Of a stretch of 64,000 nucleotides of DNA, positions 60,346-64,000 are shown in pieces (the stretch's first letter is position 1; each line of letters begins with the position of its first letter). A program made the translations under genes and the position numbers. The DNA is from Nanobdellota archaeon. Lineage in GTDB: Archaea; Nanobdellota; Nanobdellia; Pacearchaeales; GW2011-AR1. Where the stretch lies: positions 2,688-66,687 of the forward strand of contig JAHJSH010000017.1 of NCBI GenBank assembly GCA_018830525.1, in the 5' to 3' direction. The notes under the pieces are model-generated. The model was not told where the DNA came from and searched no databases. It worked only from the letters and a program-made list of their open reading frames with translations.

Positions 60346-61533
60346 ATGGATATACATAACTACCAAAAAAGATTTGAAAGAACCTTAGAAAGAATTAACG
60401 AAGCTGATACTTGCCAAGAAAACAAGGATTCTATTTTTAGATTTAAAGATTATTTATTGAGTGAAAATCTCAGCATCGCTAAAATTGACAGATACCTCTA
60501 CGACCTGATGAGGTATTGTGATATGCTTTCTAAGCTCATTGAAGCCGCAGATAAGCAAGATCTCCGAAAAGTCGTAGGAATTATTAACCAAAAAATTTGG
60601 ACAGAAGAAACAAAGAAATGTTTTAAGGTAATGTTAAAAAGATATTACAGATTTGTGGCAGGAATTGAAGAAAAAGGAGTTTATCCTGAAATTATAAATT
60701 GGGTAAATACAAATATTGCCGAGAGTAAAAGAAAACTTCCCGAAGAATTATTAAATGAATCTGAAATAAAAAATATTATTCAAAAGTGTACTTGCATTCG
60801 GGATAGAGCTTTAATCTCGGTGTTGGCAGAATCAGGTTGTAGGATTGGAGAAATTGGAACTCTAAAAATCAAGAACATGAGTTTTGAACAATATGGGACA
60901 AGACTTACTGTTAATGGGAAAACAGGAATGCGGAAAATTCTAGTTATTAATTCAACCCCTTATTTGCAAGAATGGATTAATCATCATCCAGATAACGAAA
61001 ATCCTGAAGCTTATATGTGGGTAAGGGCAGATGGAAACACCTTATGCTATGCAAGGATTTCCCATATCTTAAAAAGGTCTGCCCAAAAAGCAGGAATCAA
61101 AAAACGAGTTTACCCTCATCTATTAAGGCACAGCCGGGCAACACATTTAGCGTCAATCATGAGAGAAGCTTCCATGAAACAATATTTCGGATGGACTCAA
61201 AGTTCAAGAATGGCAGGAGTTTATATTCACATGTCAGGGAAAGATACCGACAACGCAATTTTACAAGCAAGTGGAATTAAGATTGAAGAAAAGGAAATCG
61301 CAAGAGATATGCAACCTAAAATTTGCATAAGATGTAGCTCGACAAATCCTGTGACAAATGTTGTCTGTGGAACTTGTGGTCTACCATTAGATAAAAAACA
61401 AGCAGAAGAAATTATTACCAATCAAACTAAGAAGGAGAATATTGATAGTTTTATGAATAAGATTGTAGAAAATCCTGAATTTCTAAAAGTGTTAGTTAAA
61501 AAAATGGCGGAGGTGAATAAGATACAGAAGTGA
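60346..61533 (+). CDS. int: Tyrosine recombinase/integrase with C-terminal zinc ribbon
   Basis: ESGCRIGEI (Arg), YPHLLRHSRATHL (HxxR), MAGVYIHMSG (Tyr), CIRCSSTNPVTNVVCGTCG. Confidence 0.87.
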   Translation: MDIHNYQKRFERTLERINEADTCQENKDSIFRFKDYLLSENLSIAKIDRYLYDLMRYCDMLSKLIEAADKQDLRKVVGIINQKIWTEETKKCFKVMLKRYYRFVAGIEEKGVYPEIINWVNTNIAESKRKLPEELLNESEIKNIIQKCTCIRDRALISVLAESGCRIGEIGTLKIKNMSFEQYGTRLTVNGKTGMRKILVINSTPYLQEWINHHPDNENPEAYMWVRADGNTLCYARISHILKRSAQKAGIKKRVYPHLLRHSRATHLASIMREASMKQYFGWTQSSRMAGVYIHMSGKDTDNAILQASGIKIEEKEIARDMQPKICIRCSSTNPVTNVVCGTCGLPLDKKQAEEIITNQTKKENIDSFMNKIVENPEFLKVLVKKMAEVNKIQK

Positions 61534-61745
61534 AGTGGAAAACGCTGCGCGTTTTCCAGTTTGTTTAAGTTTATATATTTATTCACCTCTTGAGAAATGA
61601 TGATAATACTGAATAATCAGTAATATTATTGAAACATCAATAGTAAATCGTAAATCTCGATACCCCGTGGTAAATCGTTGGGAAAAGATTTAAATACCTG
61701 TTTTTATTGTTTTAGATTATACTATCATACATAGTTTTATCAAAA

Positions 61746-62492
61746 ATGAAAAAAACAAAGAAAAATCAAGGTTTAAGCCCAAATCAGGAAAGAATAATGT
61801 CTATCTTGGAGTATAAAAAAATAACGATCATCGAGAGAAACGAAATAATAGATTTAATAAAAAAACACATGCAAGTAAAAGATGTAGGTGATTTAATTTC
61901 AAAGCTTTTATTTAAGGAAAGACTTATCCCAATAAAAAAGGGTGTCTATGCTGTTATCCCTCTAAGTTCCCTCGATAAAACTACAAAATTAAGTAATATT
62001 GAAATAGTAGATTATCTGTTGAGGGATAATTATTACATCGGACTTTTTAACGCTTACAACTTTCATGGATTTACAGAACAAATTCCCAATAAACTATTTA
62101 TTTTCAATACAAAATATTCTGCAGATAAAAAGATACTAAATTACCAATTTAAACTTTTCAAGGTGAAAAAGGATAAGTTGTTTGGAATTTTAGGCAACCA
62201 ATATTCAGACAAAGAAAGGACAGCTATTGATGCATTAAATTATCCAGAATACTTAGGAGGACTAAAGCAAGTTCTAGACCAAATTAGAAAAATATCCTTT
62301 AATCAGAAAATACTGGTAGATTATGCTATTAGATATAATAGCAATAAAGTAATTAAACTAGTGGGGTTATTAACAGAGAGCAATAAACTATTCAAGTTAC
62401 TTGAAAAAAAGAAGGCTTTGAATTATTATACAACAATTAAAAAAACTGGAACTAAATTATTGAATAAAAAATGGAAACTGAGATTGATTTAA
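61746..62492 (+). CDS. AbiEi-like antitoxin
   Basis: N-terminal wHTH-like region ending KKGVYAVIP; overlaps the AbiEii gene by 22 nt. Confidence 0.6.
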   Translation: MKKTKKNQGLSPNQERIMSILEYKKITIIERNEIIDLIKKHMQVKDVGDLISKLLFKERLIPIKKGVYAVIPLSSLDKTTKLSNIEIVDYLLRDNYYIGLFNAYNFHGFTEQIPNKLFIFNTKYSADKKILNYQFKLFKVKKDKLFGILGNQYSDKERTAIDALNYPEYLGGLKQVLDQIRKISFNQKILVDYAIRYNSNKVIKLVGLLTESNKLFKLLEKKKALNYYTTIKKTGTKLLNKKWKLRLI

Positions 62493-63358
62493 AAGAAGAA
62501 ATTTTAAGAATAGGTGCAAAGAATGGCTTTGCTCCAAGGCTGATAGAGAAAGATTATCATCTTACGAGAATTCTTCATAAAATTAGTGAAAGGAATATAG
62601 AAAATCTAGTGTTTAAGGGTGGAACATGCCTCAATAAATGCTATCTTGGGTTTTATAGATTAAGTGAAGATTTAGATTTTGTTTTGAATCAAGATGTAAA
62701 TAAATTCTCAAGATCACAAGTAAAGAAAATTTTAGACAATTTAAGACGAGAAATTATTGGTATATTGGACGAACTCGGACTAGAAATAAATAAGAAACTA
62801 GGTGTTGGATGGAAAATGCTGACTTCAAAAGAAGCTTCTAAAATATTAGGTTTAGAAGTTGCGACCAAATACAAATCAGTTCTCGATGATACTCTACAAA
62901 ATATAAAAATAGAAATTTCATTCAGAAAGGCATTAATAAATCCTACAAAAAGACAGCCAATTCATCATGATTTTGTTGATGCTCTTGGAGAATTCATTTT
63001 AAAAGAGAATGTCGAGGTAGAAGCAATTGATCTAGTCGAAAATTTTGCGGAAAAATTTAGAGCATTAGTAACCCGGGAAAATATAGCGATTAGAGATATT
63101 TTTGATATTTACTTTATATTAGAAAAAGATATCCTAAATTTTAATGATAAAACTCTTGAATTAGCTTTACTTAAGATAAATGAAACTCCAGAATATTCTT
63201 ACGAGATAAAAGATTTTGAAGAATTTATAAAAGATCTTCATTTAAAAGTAGATGGTCTAAATGAGAAAGAACTGTCGGCGGTTTTAAGATCTAATGGGGA
63301 AGCTAAAATACTCGAGATGATTAAGTTGATTAAGAAAAAAGTTTTGAAATCTAAATAA
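62471..63358 (+). CDS. AbiEii/AbiGii-family nucleotidyltransferase toxin
   Basis: VFKGGTCLNKCYLGFYRLSEDLDF; paralog of the ORF at 1777-2697. Confidence 0.75.
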   Translation: METEIDLKEEILRIGAKNGFAPRLIEKDYHLTRILHKISERNIENLVFKGGTCLNKCYLGFYRLSEDLDFVLNQDVNKFSRSQVKKILDNLRREIIGILDELGLEINKKLGVGWKMLTSKEASKILGLEVATKYKSVLDDTLQNIKIEISFRKALINPTKRQPIHHDFVDALGEFILKENVEVEAIDLVENFAEKFRALVTRENIAIRDIFDIYFILEKDILNFNDKTLELALLKINETPEYSYEIKDFEEFIKDLHLKVDGLNEKELSAVLRSNGEAKILEMIKLIKKKVLKSK

Positions 63359-63619
63359 ATTTCTTCAATTATATTTCAACTACAAAAATACCAAAATCTA
63401 GTACTTTTAGTACCAAATAGAAAGATTTCCTAAATCTCTCCAACAATCCTAATCCCATGCCCCTTAACAATTTCAATTAATTCAAATTCTCTTAATAAAA
63501 ACATTAATTCCCAACATTGTTTTTTATTAATACTAAAATTCCTACATATTTTTTCAAATAAATGTGGAAAGGATATTATTTCTTTATGATATTGTTTTTT
63601 AAGTTCTTTAATTTCCCTT

Positions 63620-63847
63620 GTGGTTTTGTCAATTGTTTATGGAATCTTTGCTTTTTATTTAAGTGGAAATAACGGAATTATTCAGGGCGACGAAATCAAT
63701 ATTATTTGGCACACTATTTTATCAATTATAAATATAAAGAATTTGTTACCTGGGGGATTATATTTTATAATTTTATTTAATATACCTTCACTAATTTATT
63801 TTTTCTTTGGTAAAAAGAAGGAACAATTAAACAATAATCTTAAATAA
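63620..63847 (+). CDS. Possible small membrane protein (GTG start)
   Basis: Two hydrophobic helices; weak. Confidence 0.3.
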   Translation: MVLSIVYGIFAFYLSGNNGIIQGDEINIIWHTILSIINIKNLLPGGLYFIILFNIPSLIYFFFGKKKEQLNNNLK

Positions 63848-63867
63848 TTCATTTCCATTACAATATC

Positions 63868-64000
63868 ATGAAAAAAATAATCTCTTTAATAATATTAATA
63901 TTTTTAGCAGTTAGCGTATCCGCAGCCATGGATCCTGTTCCAGCATATTGTGAACATCAAGGATATACTTATGAATATGGTCAAGATGAAAATAATGAAT
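63868..64000 (+). CDS. Secreted/membrane protein, N-terminal fragment (continues past window)
   Basis: MKKIISLIILIFLAVSVSAAMDP signal-peptide-like start; frame open to the window end. Confidence 0.5.
   Translation, partial: MKKIISLIILIFLAVSVSAAMDPVPAYCEHQGYTYEYGQDENNE

Larger units (their letters stand above)
60256..64000. mobile_element. Second integrase-bearing element in the tRNA-Asp array (integrase, AbiE pair, ...); runs off the window
   Basis: att copy plus integrase arrangement repeats that at 40765-41947. Confidence 0.6.

Noticed and set aside
63431-63640. Minus-strand wHTH-like reading frame (..TIDKTTREIKELKKQYHKEIISFPHLFEKICRNFSINKKQCWELMFLLREFELIEIVKGHGIRIVGEI)
   Set aside because: The frame is open for ~70 codons but has no ATG/GTG/TTG before the last third. 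It is possibly a truncated gene or uses a rare start, so it is not reported as a feature.

Overview
Low-GC archaeal chromosome fragment. The thermosome, archaeal-type TIM, class IA aldolase, uS10, BRE/TATA-like promoters and tyrosine integrases point to an archaeon; the small, patchy metabolism suggests a DPANN-like lineage, which is inference only. All family assignments come from motifs read by eye, with no searches run.

Layout:
- 1-700: end of a thermosome gene.
- 700-14130: accessory island built on both ends of tRNA-Gly(GCC). It holds VapBC, AbiE, a 1235-aa LamG surface protein, an integrase element with twin methyltransferases, and a Fic islet.
- 14390-40780: core block. It holds tRNA-His+hisS, a gap-pgk-pfkB-fba-tpiA glycolysis cluster, a mannoside/sugar cluster, two tRNA-Ser, uS10, and a minimal two-subunit [NiFe] hydrogenase with maturation genes.
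- 40707-64000: second island anchored on tRNA-Asp(GUC). Successive cassettes are each bounded by a copy of the tRNA 3'-end core CGGTYGGGGCGT.

Most interesting candidates:
1. A RiPP-like cassette: an unannotated 33-codon ORF plus a SPASM radical-SAM gene plus a radical-SAM::CxxCxxCC fusion (55.3-58.1 kb).
2. A RelA/SpoT-type (toxSAS-like) gene overlapping a 57-aa zinc-ribbon ORF, with upstream iterons (53.5-55.2 kb).
3. A ~90-100-bp miniature module that recurs next to four different tRNAs, flanked by duplicated tRNA 3' ends.
4. A conserved structured leader with compensatory base changes 5' of both tRNA-Ser genes.
5. A 6 x 40-bp tandem repeat that multiplies the RBS and start codon of a PfkB kinase.
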